Below, one piece after another: positions 16,189-24,787 of a stretch of 33,009 bases of DNA. The stretch is from positions 1 to 33,009 of the IMG/VR virus record IMGVR_UViG_3300045526_000314. One strand, written 5' to 3'. This stretch comes from a virus. Lineage: Duplodnaviria; Caudoviricetes. A model generated the notes under the pieces. It worked only from the letters and a program-made list of their open reading frames with translations, had not been told where the DNA came from and did no database searches. Position 1 is the first letter of the stretch; each line of letters opens with the position of its first letter. The position numbers and the translations under genes are program-made.

Positions 16189-17682
16189 CTACAGCATCCC
16201 GGCATCGTTGACACCGGGGGTTTCCGCTGGTTCGGGGGCCTCATCGGCCAGGCGCTGCAGCTCATCATCCACGCTGGTGGTAACCCGGTTCACCCCAGCG
16301 CGCTGCAGGGTTTCAACCGCCGATCGCTGGCTCATGAGCTCGACGCCGCCCGCCAGCTTCTGAATCTGGTCAATATCGACGGCCTCAAGTGGCTTCTCGA
16401 AAAGCGTGCTGCTGATTGAGAGACCAGCATCAGGCGCCAGCGACTCGCCGGTGAACTCCACCCATATCGCCATCAGTTCTTGCATGGTGGATGACTTCCG
16501 TTCGGCGACGTCTTTCATCGTCGCTTCGGTCTGCGCAGACTCCAAACCCGCCTGCATCGCGGTCTTGTTCCCGGTGCTGTCGCCGTACAGGAAATCCAGT
16601 GTCTGGCGGGTGATGAGCTTCTCAACCGCATCGATCTGCTCCTGACTGAACTTCATGCTCGAAGCCGACGGCTCAGCGAAACCGAATTCGCCGTTTTCTT
16701 CCAGTTCGACGATGGTGTTAGGGCCAATCACGAACGGCGCCGGTTGCATCATCCCCAGTGCGGCAGCATCCTGCGCCGCTGGTGTCATCGGGGTCTGATT
16801 CAGGCGCCGCCCCCGCACCCATGGCACCGGCATGTTGAGCTTGTGGTCCTTCTCCCGCACGTCGGAGCGGCGCTGGAAATGCTCGATGCAATGCGCGACC
16901 ACCTGCCGCAGCGGCAGTTCACCCTCGCCCGGGCCGGCCTTATCCGCCGCGTACCAGACCACCGGCACGCGAGACAGCGGGGTTTTTCGGTGGCTGAGGA
17001 TCGGCTGCTTCTCAATCTCCGGGATCGCGTGCCATTTCCCGCTGCTGTCCTGATCCATCCGCCAGACGGACTGCCAGCCGGCGCCGATCTGCCGGAACTT
17101 CGGAACCAGCTTCGTCCCGAAGTCACCGTCGGGTTCTTCGATCAACTCCAGGAACACCACCCATTCGAGCCGCCGCACGCCATCGGCGACGCTGGTGCGC
17201 CAGTTGACCCCATAGGACCGCGGCCGACGCACCAGGTACGGGCGGAGGCCCATCGCGGTCTCCTCCCCGGAGTTTGCGGCGCCAACCGATGACATCTCGA
17301 CCTGCAACCACGTCCCGCCGTCGCGCAGCAAGTCGCGGTCGGCCTCCAGCCACCAGGCGGTGAGAGATGACCCTTCGAAGTCGATATTCTCGCTCGCCTG
17401 CTCCATCGTGGCCGGCGGATTCGACAGCTCGAATTTCGACAGCAGGCCGACGAACGCTTTCAGGCTGTCGCGGAAGAACGAGGCGAACCCAGCACGGCCC
17501 AGCCGGGCCTCATACGCCTCTGGAGGCTCAGCCGGCTCCGGCGGCAGGTACTCGCGTTCGACGCCGCGGAGGTTTGAGTACACATCCAGCGCGCGCTTCA
17601 GGTCGGGCCGGAGCTCCTGCAGCGTCGGATGCTCGTAGCTCGGCAGCTTCGGGTCGGTGGTCGGCAGGCGCGGGATCTTCAT
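16189..17682 (-). CDS. Portal protein (DUF4055-like), 497 aa from MKIPRLP
   Basis: EYLPPEPAEPPEAYEARLGRA N-terminal motif; size and position next to the minor head gene. Confidence 0.88.
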   Translation of the reverse strand: MKIPRLPTTDPKLPSYEHPTLQELRPDLKRALDVYSNLRGVEREYLPPEPAEPPEAYEARLGRAGFASFFRDSLKAFVGLLSKFELSNPPATMEQASENIDFEGSSLTAWWLEADRDLLRDGGTWLQVEMSSVGAANSGEETAMGLRPYLVRRPRSYGVNWRTSVADGVRRLEWVVFLELIEEPDGDFGTKLVPKFRQIGAGWQSVWRMDQDSSGKWHAIPEIEKQPILSHRKTPLSRVPVVWYAADKAGPGEGELPLRQVVAHCIEHFQRRSDVREKDHKLNMPVPWVRGRRLNQTPMTPAAQDAAALGMMQPAPFVIGPNTIVELEENGEFGFAEPSASSMKFSQEQIDAVEKLITRQTLDFLYGDSTGNKTAMQAGLESAQTEATMKDVAERKSSTMQELMAIWVEFTGESLAPDAGLSISSTLFEKPLEAVDIDQIQKLAGGVELMSQRSAVETLQRAGVNRVTTSVDDELQRLADEAPEPAETPGVNDAGML

Positions 17683-17698
17683 GCCCTGAGTTTTCCCG

Positions 17699-17917
17699 CT
17701 ACCGCGCCACCCACAACGCAAACCGCTCCCACGATCCGGGCGGAATCAGGGCATCACGCCGGGCGGCCCACTCGCGATCCGCTGCGGTGTAGGCGTCGCG
17801 CACCTGGGCGGCATCGGGGAGCCTGATGATGGGTGGTGGCGGCAGGAGTGAGACCCAGAGGTAGGCGCTGGCCGCACCGACGGCGATGCCGATCGATGTG
17901 GCGATGAGCATGTTCAT
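17699..17917 (-). CDS. Small membrane-anchored hypothetical protein
   Basis: N-terminal TM segment; ATGA overlap with the sigma factor gene. Confidence 0.55.
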   Translation of the reverse strand: MNMLIATSIGIAVGAASAYLWVSLLPPPPIIRLPDAAQVRDAYTAADREWAARRDALIPPGSWERFALWVAR

Positions 17918-18669
17918 GCAAGCAACCGGAACTGGACCACCATATCGTCGAGCACCTTACGGGTCCGCGGCCGGCGCGGGCGCTTGTCGGGTTCAACGGT
18001 GGGCACATCGATTGCCAGGGACTGCTGCCGCACCTCCGACAGGCGTTGCCCGCGGAGTAGGGACTGAAGGCGGTAGTGGAACTGCTGGATCGGCCCACGC
18101 GGGTAGACGTGCCGGCGCGGGTTGCTCCACCAGGCGCAGAGCAGGCCTTGATCGGCGTGTTGGAGATTGCCCCAGGCCTTGAGGATCAGCAGCTGCAGGG
18201 GCCCCAGCCGTTGAATCTCGACGTCGGGATCTCGAAAGGAGGCGACGGCTTCGGTTTCATCCAGCTCAACGGTGGCCTTCATCGCGCCGAACATCTCGGC
18301 GATTTCATCGGCAGTCAACCCCGACCGTTCCTGCACCTCGGTGAATGAAACGGCGGGGTCAACCATGAGGCGTTGCACGAGGCCCCACTTCTCGCGCCAC
18401 TTATGCGGGAACTTGACCGCATAGCCACGATCGCGGAACCAGTGCAGGATCTCGCCCTGAATGAAGGGCACGACCGCGGTAGAAAGCGCGGTGCCGCGTT
18501 TGGGGTTGTATTTGCGGCATCCGCGAATCAGCCCGAGGTAGGCGACGGCCTGGAGCTCGTCGCGCGGCTGGCGGGTCTTGCGATGCCAGCGTTCTGCAAT
18601 GTCAAGCGCCAGGCCGAGATTGCCTGTGATCAGCGCTTCGGATTCCGCGGTGGGGGGTGGAATCGACAC
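17914..18669 (-). CDS. Phage RNA polymerase sigma factor (sigma-70 family, group 3 / SigF-like)
   Basis: Region 2: LITGNLGLA...DELQAVAYLGLIRGCRKYNPKRGTALSTAVVPFIQGEILHWFRDRGYAVKFP; region 4 looks degenerate. Confidence 0.92.
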   Translation of the reverse strand: MSIPPPTAESEALITGNLGLALDIAERWHRKTRQPRDELQAVAYLGLIRGCRKYNPKRGTALSTAVVPFIQGEILHWFRDRGYAVKFPHKWREKWGLVQRLMVDPAVSFTEVQERSGLTADEIAEMFGAMKATVELDETEAVASFRDPDVEIQRLGPLQLLILKAWGNLQHADQGLLCAWWSNPRRHVYPRGPIQQFHYRLQSLLRGQRLSEVRQQSLAIDVPTVEPDKRPRRPRTRKVLDDMVVQFRLLA

Positions 18670-18670
18670 C

Positions 18671-18748
18671 TTAAATGTGGTACTCGGGTTCGTAGGTGTC
18701 GGAGGGCTTGGGGCGGCGGGTGAATAGCGACCGAAGAAACTTCAGCAT
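18671..18748 (-). CDS. 25-aa upstream ORF of the sigma gene
   Basis: MLKFLRSLFTRRPKPSDTYEPEYHI; stop 1 nt before the sigma GTG; TACAGT 24 nt upstream. Confidence 0.45.
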   Translation of the reverse strand: MLKFLRSLFTRRPKPSDTYEPEYHI

Positions 18749-18783
18749 CGGATTGACTCGGTGGGCACCCAAACTGTAGCAGC

Positions 18784-18957
18784 TTACGCCTCAACTACGT
18801 CATAGGCGATCCGAACATGCCGGCCCCATCCGCAGGTACCCCACTGAATCAGCGCATAGCCAGGCCGGAGGAGCTGCCGATGGTGCGGGTTCATGTTGCC
18901 GTTGAACCACCAGAATGGGCCGATCCGGCCACGGTCGGGGGTGATAGTGAGGGTCAT
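18784..18957 (-). CDS. Hypothetical protein (57 aa)
   Basis: Start MTLTITPDRG; ATGA overlap. Confidence 0.5.
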   Translation of the reverse strand: MTLTITPDRGRIGPFWWFNGNMNPHHRQLLRPGYALIQWGTCGWGRHVRIAYDVVEA

Positions 18958-19172
18958 GCAGGGTGAATCGCGCCGGGGGTCCATTCTCCTTCCCATAGGC
19001 CAATCCATGACGACGGCACGAGCCTACGAGGTATCTGCAGCAGCGCTTCCGCTGATACCTCGCAGATCATTTGGCAGCACGGGGAAGGACCACGCCACAG
19101 CTCACGGCGCCACGTAGTGGGGTTGTCGAAAAGCCAGCAGCCGAGGGCAGTGGTTGACGGGGTGGGGTTCAT
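18954..19172 (-). CDS. Hypothetical protein
   Basis: 72 aa; ATGA overlaps on both sides. Confidence 0.5.
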   Translation of the reverse strand: MNPTPSTTALGCWLFDNPTTWRRELWRGPSPCCQMICEVSAEALLQIPRRLVPSSWIGLWEGEWTPGAIHPA

Positions 19173-19444
19173 GATTCGGCCTCACCAACGGGTCCGCCTT
19201 TCAACCCCAGCGTGGCCTCGACCAACCGCTGCGTTAACACCCCCGCCACCGCATCAACCTGATCCGCCTCGCAGAACATGTGCAGGGTGTGGTCGGCGTT
19301 GATCGCCAGCGTCAGGCGCACCATCGGCTCATAGAACGTGTGCACCTCCCCGGCGCAGGATTCCCACTCGCCCAGGAGGCTGGGAATCGGCGCGGGAGCG
19401 TTGGGGTCGGCCGGGGGAACTTGGATGCGGTGAAGGATGCTCAT
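19169..19444 (-). CDS. Hypothetical protein
   Basis: 91 aa; ATGA overlaps. Confidence 0.6.
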   Translation of the reverse strand: MSILHRIQVPPADPNAPAPIPSLLGEWESCAGEVHTFYEPMVRLTLAINADHTLHMFCEADQVDAVAGVLTQRLVEATLGLKGGPVGEAES

Positions 19445-20022
19445 GGTTGATTGGGGGTGTCGGAGATCAGCTGAGAGCCATTGGACTTACCGGATTCCCG
19501 GACACCACAAATCTCGTACACGCCATCGTGAAACTCGTGAACATCTTTTTGCGGAACTGGCGAGATGCAAGCAGAGTCGTCATAGATCAACTTGGCGAGA
19601 TCGAAGGGGTGAGAGCCGCGGGGTTTGCTGGACAGGGCTAAATTGCCGTTTTCGAGGTACAGGCGAGGAGTGCCGCCACTAGGGCCAGCCACATAAAGGA
19701 TAGTTCCTGTTGTTGACTCATTGAGAGTTTTCGTTACCTCCACGCTCTCCCCATCAAACCTCCGCCACACCTGCCCCACCCGGATCGTCGGGATAGGGGC
19801 GGGTTCGGGGCTGGTGGCGTCCGGCTGCTCCGGCGCACCCCCAACATCAAAATCCTCCCCCGCCTGCACCAACCCATCCCGAACGTGGCTGGCAGTAGTC
19901 ACCTCGGTTGCCAGGTGCAGCAGCACCCCGGCGGCTTCATAGCCCGTGACCCCGTGCCGTTCGCACAGGCGGTACAAGTGTTTGCGAAGCTTGGCGTGGA
20001 GTTTTTCTGCTGGTGTGGTCAT
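19441..20022 (-). CDS. Hypothetical protein (193 aa, start MTTPAEKL)
   Basis: ATGA overlap at 20019-20022; 'IRVGQVWRRFDG' module common in phage proteins. Confidence 0.65.
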   Translation of the reverse strand: MTTPAEKLHAKLRKHLYRLCERHGVTGYEAAGVLLHLATEVTTASHVRDGLVQAGEDFDVGGAPEQPDATSPEPAPIPTIRVGQVWRRFDGESVEVTKTLNESTTGTILYVAGPSGGTPRLYLENGNLALSSKPRGSHPFDLAKLIYDDSACISPVPQKDVHEFHDGVYEICGVRESGKSNGSQLISDTPNQP

Positions 20023-20462
20023 AGGTCGTTTCCGGTGATGATGTCGGCGATTTTGCGCCACCAGGGGCGGCTGATGCGTTCGGTGTGTTTGCGCAGGTAT
20101 TCGGACCTGACGCGCTCGCCTTCGGCTTGGATCTTTTGCATGGTGTCGCGCTGACACTCATCTTGGTAAATCACCTTCAAAATTCCCCGAAGCGCTGGCG
20201 AGAGGCACATGGGAACAACGTATCCATCTTTGTAGGGTCTTGACGCGGCCATCAAATCGACAGCCTCATCATCCTGCAGGTTTTCCATCGTCTCCCGCGA
20301 AATATACATCATGCAAACTTTGGCCGTTACCTGTTCAAACCCCGGAAACGGCTCACCAAGTTCGTAAATAGGCAGTTTCTTCTGAACCCAATACTGAACA
20401 AACTCTCCAGCACCAGGAACCAGCTTCGTCGCAATGCTCAGCACCAGCGCATCCATGCTCAA
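20019..20462 (-). CDS. Hypothetical protein
   Basis: 147 aa, coupled to the dnaN stop. Confidence 0.65.
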   Translation of the reverse strand: MSMDALVLSIATKLVPGAGEFVQYWVQKKLPIYELGEPFPGFEQVTAKVCMMYISRETMENLQDDEAVDLMAASRPYKDGYVVPMCLSPALRGILKVIYQDECQRDTMQKIQAEGERVRSEYLRKHTERISRPWWRKIADIITGNDL

Positions 20463-21601
20463 CCCTCCCGCACCTGAACCGGCATCACCAGCGCGGTCAC
20501 GCCGGCATCACCAGCGATCACCGCCGGGGTTGTCGGGGTGTTGCAGCGCAGGGTTACTTCCTCGCTGCTGTGGGCCCGGAGCGCTTCGAGCAGATACTTC
20601 GCGTTGAACGCAATCGTGGGCGCGTTGCCCTCGACGGTCGCGGCGAGCACCTCGGAGCCGCGGCCAACGTCCTGCGCATCAGCCCGGACGGTGAGATCCA
20701 GGCTGCCCGGGACCAGGCGCAGCACCCCGTTGCCGAGGTCTGCCAGCACCGCAGCGCGGCTGATCGCGGCGATCAGGTCTTCGCGGCTGGTGGTGATGTG
20801 GCTGGTGAACTCGCCGGGGATCAGCTGCCCATAGTTCGGGTACTGCCCGTCGATCGTGCGGGTGATCAACACCGGGCCGTTCTGCGGCTGAATCCTGGCG
20901 TAACCGCCGATCACCGACAGGCAGATCGCCTGATCGCCCGCGGCGCGCCCCAGCAGGCGCTCAACCTCGCGCAGTGCCCGGGCAGGGATCGTGGCAGCGA
21001 ACGGCTTCTGCGGGGCGCCCGGGGGCAGGTCTGCGACGCTGACCGCCAGGCGGTGGCCATCGGTGGCGGCGATCGTCAGCTCCTCGCCATCGGCGGCCAG
21101 GTGCGCCCCGGTGAGAATCTGCTTGGATTCATCCGTCGCGCAGCTGTACAGGGTGCTGCCGAGGGCATGCCGCAGCGGCCCCGCATCGATCGTGGCCAGG
21201 CTGCTCACGGCGCCACCAGGCAGGTCCGGGTAGTCGTTTGCGGGCAGGCCGCTGATTGAGTAGCTGCCACTGGTGCTGCTGATCTCGACCTGATCAGCCT
21301 CGCCCAGGGAGAGCGTCACTGGCGTTCCGGCGGGGAGCTTGCTCACGATCTCGCCGAACAGGCGCGCCGGCAAGGTGATTTCGCCAGGTTCGTCGACCAC
21401 CGCGATCAGGGTGGTTTCGATCGCCAGGCTGAGGTCGTAGCCGGTGAGTGTCAGCTGGCCAGTGACCGCGTTGAGCAGCACGTTCGCCAGGATCGGATGC
21501 GTCGGCCGACCGGAGACCGCGCGACCCACCAGGGACAGGGCAGCGCTGAGGTCGGATTGGGAGCAGGTGAGTTTCACAGGTGGAGCGTGTGGCGATGCCA
21601 T
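20459..21601 (-). CDS. dnaN: DNA polymerase III beta subunit (sliding clamp)
   Basis: RAVSGRPTHPILANVLL, LTGYDLSLAI, AATDGHRLA, GQYPNYGQLIP, IAFNAKYLLEAL, LVMPVQVR; cyanobacterial-type sequence. Confidence 0.96.
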   Translation of the reverse strand: MASPHAPPVKLTCSQSDLSAALSLVGRAVSGRPTHPILANVLLNAVTGQLTLTGYDLSLAIETTLIAVVDEPGEITLPARLFGEIVSKLPAGTPVTLSLGEADQVEISSTSGSYSISGLPANDYPDLPGGAVSSLATIDAGPLRHALGSTLYSCATDESKQILTGAHLAADGEELTIAATDGHRLAVSVADLPPGAPQKPFAATIPARALREVERLLGRAAGDQAICLSVIGGYARIQPQNGPVLITRTIDGQYPNYGQLIPGEFTSHITTSREDLIAAISRAAVLADLGNGVLRLVPGSLDLTVRADAQDVGRGSEVLAATVEGNAPTIAFNAKYLLEALRAHSSEEVTLRCNTPTTPAVIAGDAGVTALVMPVQVREG

Positions 21602-21631
21602 CGTACTGCCCCACAGCTTAGGACGCCACCC

Positions 21632-23182
21632 TCACCGGAACCCACCGCGTCGCGGTTTCGGTCGCGCCGCCTCGTTCATCATCGCCACCGGCGGCGCCAT
21701 GCCGTAGCCGTGGTGCACGGTGGAGACGCGCATGGGACCGGTGCCCTGCGCGTAGTTGACCAGCTGCGTCACGCTGTCCACGAGGTCGTCGTAGGTGTCG
21801 CCGGGGAATTTCACCATCTGACTGGTCAAGGTGGATAGCAGACGGTGGCGCCGCGGGAAGAACACGCGGCCCTGATTGAACTGCGGCGTGGCCGCGTTAG
21901 CCCTGGCGACCTTGCCGCCAACCGGATTCACGGCATGAATACTGAACCCTGCCGTCTCGCGCTTGAGCGCGCTGATCACCGCGGAACCGTTGGCTTTATC
22001 TTCTACCAGGAGATCACCAAACCCCCAGGATGGGAACATGGCCTTGATGGTGTCCATCGTGACGGAGAAATCCATCCGCTGATTCACGATGTCGAGCAAC
22101 CACAACCCGGCTTCATTCTGCCCCCAGTGCGTGATCGCAACCATATCGCTGCCGACGGTTTCCTTAAATGAGCAGTCAATCGAGGCGATTTTCCGCACGA
22201 ACCACTTCGGCAGCGTCGCATCCTCGGGGTCATCACCCCAGTACCGGAACATGCTGGCGCTGAACACCGCGCCGCCTGATGGCTGCGGCTGCTGCTGATA
22301 CAAGGCGGCCCAGTCCCGTTCAGGGGTGTTGAGGCGTTTCTTCCGGGCCCACTCGGCATTGAATCGCTCGGGGTCGAGGGCCTCGCCCGGCTGCCTGGTG
22401 TCCGGCTCGACGGTGAGGGTTGCCGGCATCGCGATCTGCACTGGCTCGGCGATCATCGGCATCTGGATCACGTGCCACGGCTCTGCGGCATCGGCATTGC
22501 CGTCGCGCTCTAGTTCCTCGACCTGCTGAATCAGCCAGCCGATCAGGTCGGCATCAGCCCACCTGGTGTGGGTGATGAGCTTGATGCAGCCGGGTTCTTC
22601 CCGGGTGTTGAGCACCGTTGACCACCAATCGTAAAGCTGCCGGCGATACGCCGCAGACTCGGCCTCCTGCCGGTTCTTGATCGGGTCGTCAACGTTGATG
22701 AAGTGAGCGGGAAGGCCAGTGCCCTTGCCGACGCCGGCACCCCAGAACCCGCCGAGGTGACCGGCAACCTTCCATCGGCCCTTACCGGCGCTGCTGGGGT
22801 CGAGATCACCACCAGATGCGGCGAAGTAGTCGCGGGCGGCCTGGCCGAACTCTTCAGCAAGCGGCTGACTGTGTGCGCCCTGCCCCCATGTGCGGTCAGG
22901 GTATCGCCTGATGAACCACGACGGCAGAAACCGGCTGAACACCGTGGATTTGTAGTGCCGCGGCGGCAGCATGAGCAGCAGCCTGGGGATCTCGCCGGCA
23001 CCGACGCGCTGGCCGATTTCCACCAGGCGGGTGTTGTGTTTGGTGAAAGGAAACTGCGGGAAGACTGAAGCGATGTGATCGCCGAATGATTTCTCGTAAG
23101 GAATGAACGGCGCCGACTGCCGCTCCACCCGCGCCAGCTGCGCCCTGGCTAGCGCTGCGCTGATGGGGTCGGCGAGGATCAA
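21632..23182 (-). CDS. terL: Terminase large subunit
   Basis: Walker A LMLPPRHYKS, Walker B INVDDPIK, TRW coupling motif, nuclease motifs SIDCSFK, VEDKANG and DDLVDS. Confidence 0.96.
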   Translation of the reverse strand: MILADPISAALARAQLARVERQSAPFIPYEKSFGDHIASVFPQFPFTKHNTRLVEIGQRVGAGEIPRLLLMLPPRHYKSTVFSRFLPSWFIRRYPDRTWGQGAHSQPLAEEFGQAARDYFAASGGDLDPSSAGKGRWKVAGHLGGFWGAGVGKGTGLPAHFINVDDPIKNRQEAESAAYRRQLYDWWSTVLNTREEPGCIKLITHTRWADADLIGWLIQQVEELERDGNADAAEPWHVIQMPMIAEPVQIAMPATLTVEPDTRQPGEALDPERFNAEWARKKRLNTPERDWAALYQQQPQPSGGAVFSASMFRYWGDDPEDATLPKWFVRKIASIDCSFKETVGSDMVAITHWGQNEAGLWLLDIVNQRMDFSVTMDTIKAMFPSWGFGDLLVEDKANGSAVISALKRETAGFSIHAVNPVGGKVARANAATPQFNQGRVFFPRRHRLLSTLTSQMVKFPGDTYDDLVDSVTQLVNYAQGTGPMRVSTVHHGYGMAPPVAMMNEAARPKPRRGGFR

Positions 23183-23640
23183 GCGGAGCCCAGCCCCCGC
23201 GCCTGCAGGCTCAGCAGCAGCCTGGTGCGCTGGTCATCGGTGAGGTCGGGCTGCTGCTCAATCGCGGTGACCACCTCGCCAAGGGTGCGCTGGATGGCGC
23301 GGCGTTCGGAGGCGGCGTCGGAGAACTGATCACGAAGGGCGGGGTGATGAGTAAGCATCCACGTGGCAGCCCAGGTATTGCGATCTTCGGTTGCCGACTT
23401 GGTGACGCAATCAAGCATTTGCCCCGCCATGTTCCTGTGAGCTTCTAACACAGCGGAACGAAAGGATTTCTTTAGGTCATCGGCGTTTTCCTCTTCTGCT
23501 TCCCGCACCCACCGATTGCAGGTTTTGGGATGAACCCCAATCGCGTCGGCGATCATGTCGAGCGGCAGGCCACGGGCAGCGAGCACGGAGGCGGTGCGCA
23601 CGGCTTCAGGTGTGAGCGCCGTAGGCCGACCGATCGTCAC
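23179..23640 (-). CDS. terS: Terminase small subunit
   Basis: N-terminal GRPT.LT plus HTH (IADAIGVHPKTCNRWV), W.AA.W.L motif; overlaps the terL start. Confidence 0.8.
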   Translation of the reverse strand: MTIGRPTALTPEAVRTASVLAARGLPLDMIADAIGVHPKTCNRWVREAEEENADDLKKSFRSAVLEAHRNMAGQMLDCVTKSATEDRNTWAATWMLTHHPALRDQFSDAASERRAIQRTLGEVVTAIEQQPDLTDDQRTRLLLSLQARGLGSA

Positions 23641-23653
23641 AGAGAAAACCCAG

Positions 23654-23695
23654 AAACTCCCCGCAGCTTAATGCACAAGCCGCGGGGGTTGTCAA
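23654..23695 (-). promoter_or_regulatory. TTGACA-19nt-TAAGCT promoter-like element embedded in an inverted repeat followed by a T-rich tract (possible terminator)
   Basis: Minus strand reads TTGACAacccccgcggcttgtgcatTAAGCTgcggggagtttctgggttttct, upstream of terS. Confidence 0.45.
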
Positions 23696-23703
23696 GGTGC
23701 CGC

Positions 23704-23955
23704 TCAGATCCACCGGTCGGGGCCACCAGGGCAGGAGTAGCGCCGCTGGGTTATGGGGGTCACCACGGGCTGGCGGCCAACGATCACGATGTTGGTCAAT
23801 GACCTGGTGTCACTCGTCGGGGTGCAGGATTTTATGGCCTCCATACCGCTCGCGATAGACCACAAAAGAAACCCAATGTAGGCACAAAAGGCCAGGTTTA
23901 CCAGGTGAAAGACGACGGCGGAGAGAGTAGGGCGTTTCACTTGCTCCTCTCGCAT
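23704..23955 (-). CDS. Single-TM hypothetical protein
   Basis: Hydrophobic residues ~11-35; Cys pair in the C-terminal part. Confidence 0.5.
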   Translation of the reverse strand: MREEQVKRPTLSAVVFHLVNLAFCAYIGFLLWSIASGMEAIKSCTPTSDTRSLTNIVIVGRQPVVTPITQRRYSCPGGPDRWI

Positions 23956-24089
23956 GTTTGCACAAAAAGCGGAAGGACGCCGTTACCGAAAAGAATGACA
24001 GCGGTTGATCCTGCAATAAAAACGCCGCAAACAAGAAGCGCGGTGAACAAGACCGCTCCAATTCGATCCGTAATTTCCTCGAAGCTCAC
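23937..24089 (-). CDS. Small hydrophobic protein (50 aa)
   Basis: GTGA overlap with the upstream stop; one long TM stretch. Confidence 0.4.
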   Translation of the reverse strand: MSFEEITDRIGAVLFTALLVCGVFIAGSTAVILFGNGVLPLFVQTCERSK

Positions 24090-24442
24090 CGCCAACCCCC
24101 ATGCTCCAGTCCGAGGTTGTAGATGGCGCGGAGAGCGGTAGATAGCGAGCCATTGGGACGCGCGGATTCCCAAACGTGCTGCAACTCTCTGTCTAGTGCT
24201 GCCGGCCGAGCCTGCGACTGCACAGGCCCATCCATCGGCACCTCCCGCACCGCCCCCAGTGCCCGGGCGATGCGATCTAGGGCGATGGCTTGGGCGAAGG
24301 CGGCGATGTCAGGGATTTTGTGGGATGCGTGGCCAGTGGCCATGGTGGCCGCCCTGAGAGCTGCGTCGATCGCCGAGTCCATCAGCTGATCATCCAGCTC
24401 CGCCATCCGCAGCCGGGAGTCTTCGGCTTCCGGGGATTCCAT
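24086..24442 (-). CDS. Hypothetical protein (start MESPEAE)
   Basis: TAAGCT motif 24 nt upstream of ATG 24442. Confidence 0.55.
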   Translation of the reverse strand: MESPEAEDSRLRMAELDDQLMDSAIDAALRAATMATGHASHKIPDIAAFAQAIALDRIARALGAVREVPMDGPVQSQARPAALDRELQHVWESARPNGSLSTALRAIYNLGLEHGGWR

Positions 24443-24484
24443 CGGTTCAGTGCGTGTGACCTCCACAGCTTAGCCCGGGACCCC

Positions 24485-24787
24485 TGTTACGCCTAGCCGT
24501 TACGCCGCGCTACGCCCCGTTACGCCAACCGTAACACCCCAAACCCCAGTCCCCGACAGCGTTCTGCCCCCTGTTGTTACGTTGTTACGGTTAAAGGTAT
24601 AGATAGATAGAGGGGGAGGGAAAAGCGTATCTCCCTCCCCCTCACTGGGGTTTACATGGTTTCTCTCTGTACCCCTATATGTTTTCTGGCCAGGCGTAAC
24701 ACGTAGCAGAACACCCCCAGATCCCAGTCACAGAGCGGGATCTGGGGGCGTTTCGCCGCCCGTAACAGGCGTTCCGACCGTTACGCC
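24485..24787. repeat. Putative replication origin: GTTAC/GTAAC iteron-like repeats, two inverted repeats and a TAGA repeat
   Basis: GTTAC at 24486, 24499, 24519, 24576, 24584, 24780; GTAAC at 24531, 24696, 24762; inverted repeats GAGGGGGAGGGA..TCCCTCCCCCTC (~24610-24643) and CCCCCAGATCCC..GGGATCTGGGGG (~24714-24748); non-coding, directly downstream of the primase-helicase. Confidence 0.7.

Noticed and set aside
24485-24787. Possible CRISPR-like array
   Set aside because: Repeats are only 5-9 nt, irregularly spaced and in both orientations; no cas genes.
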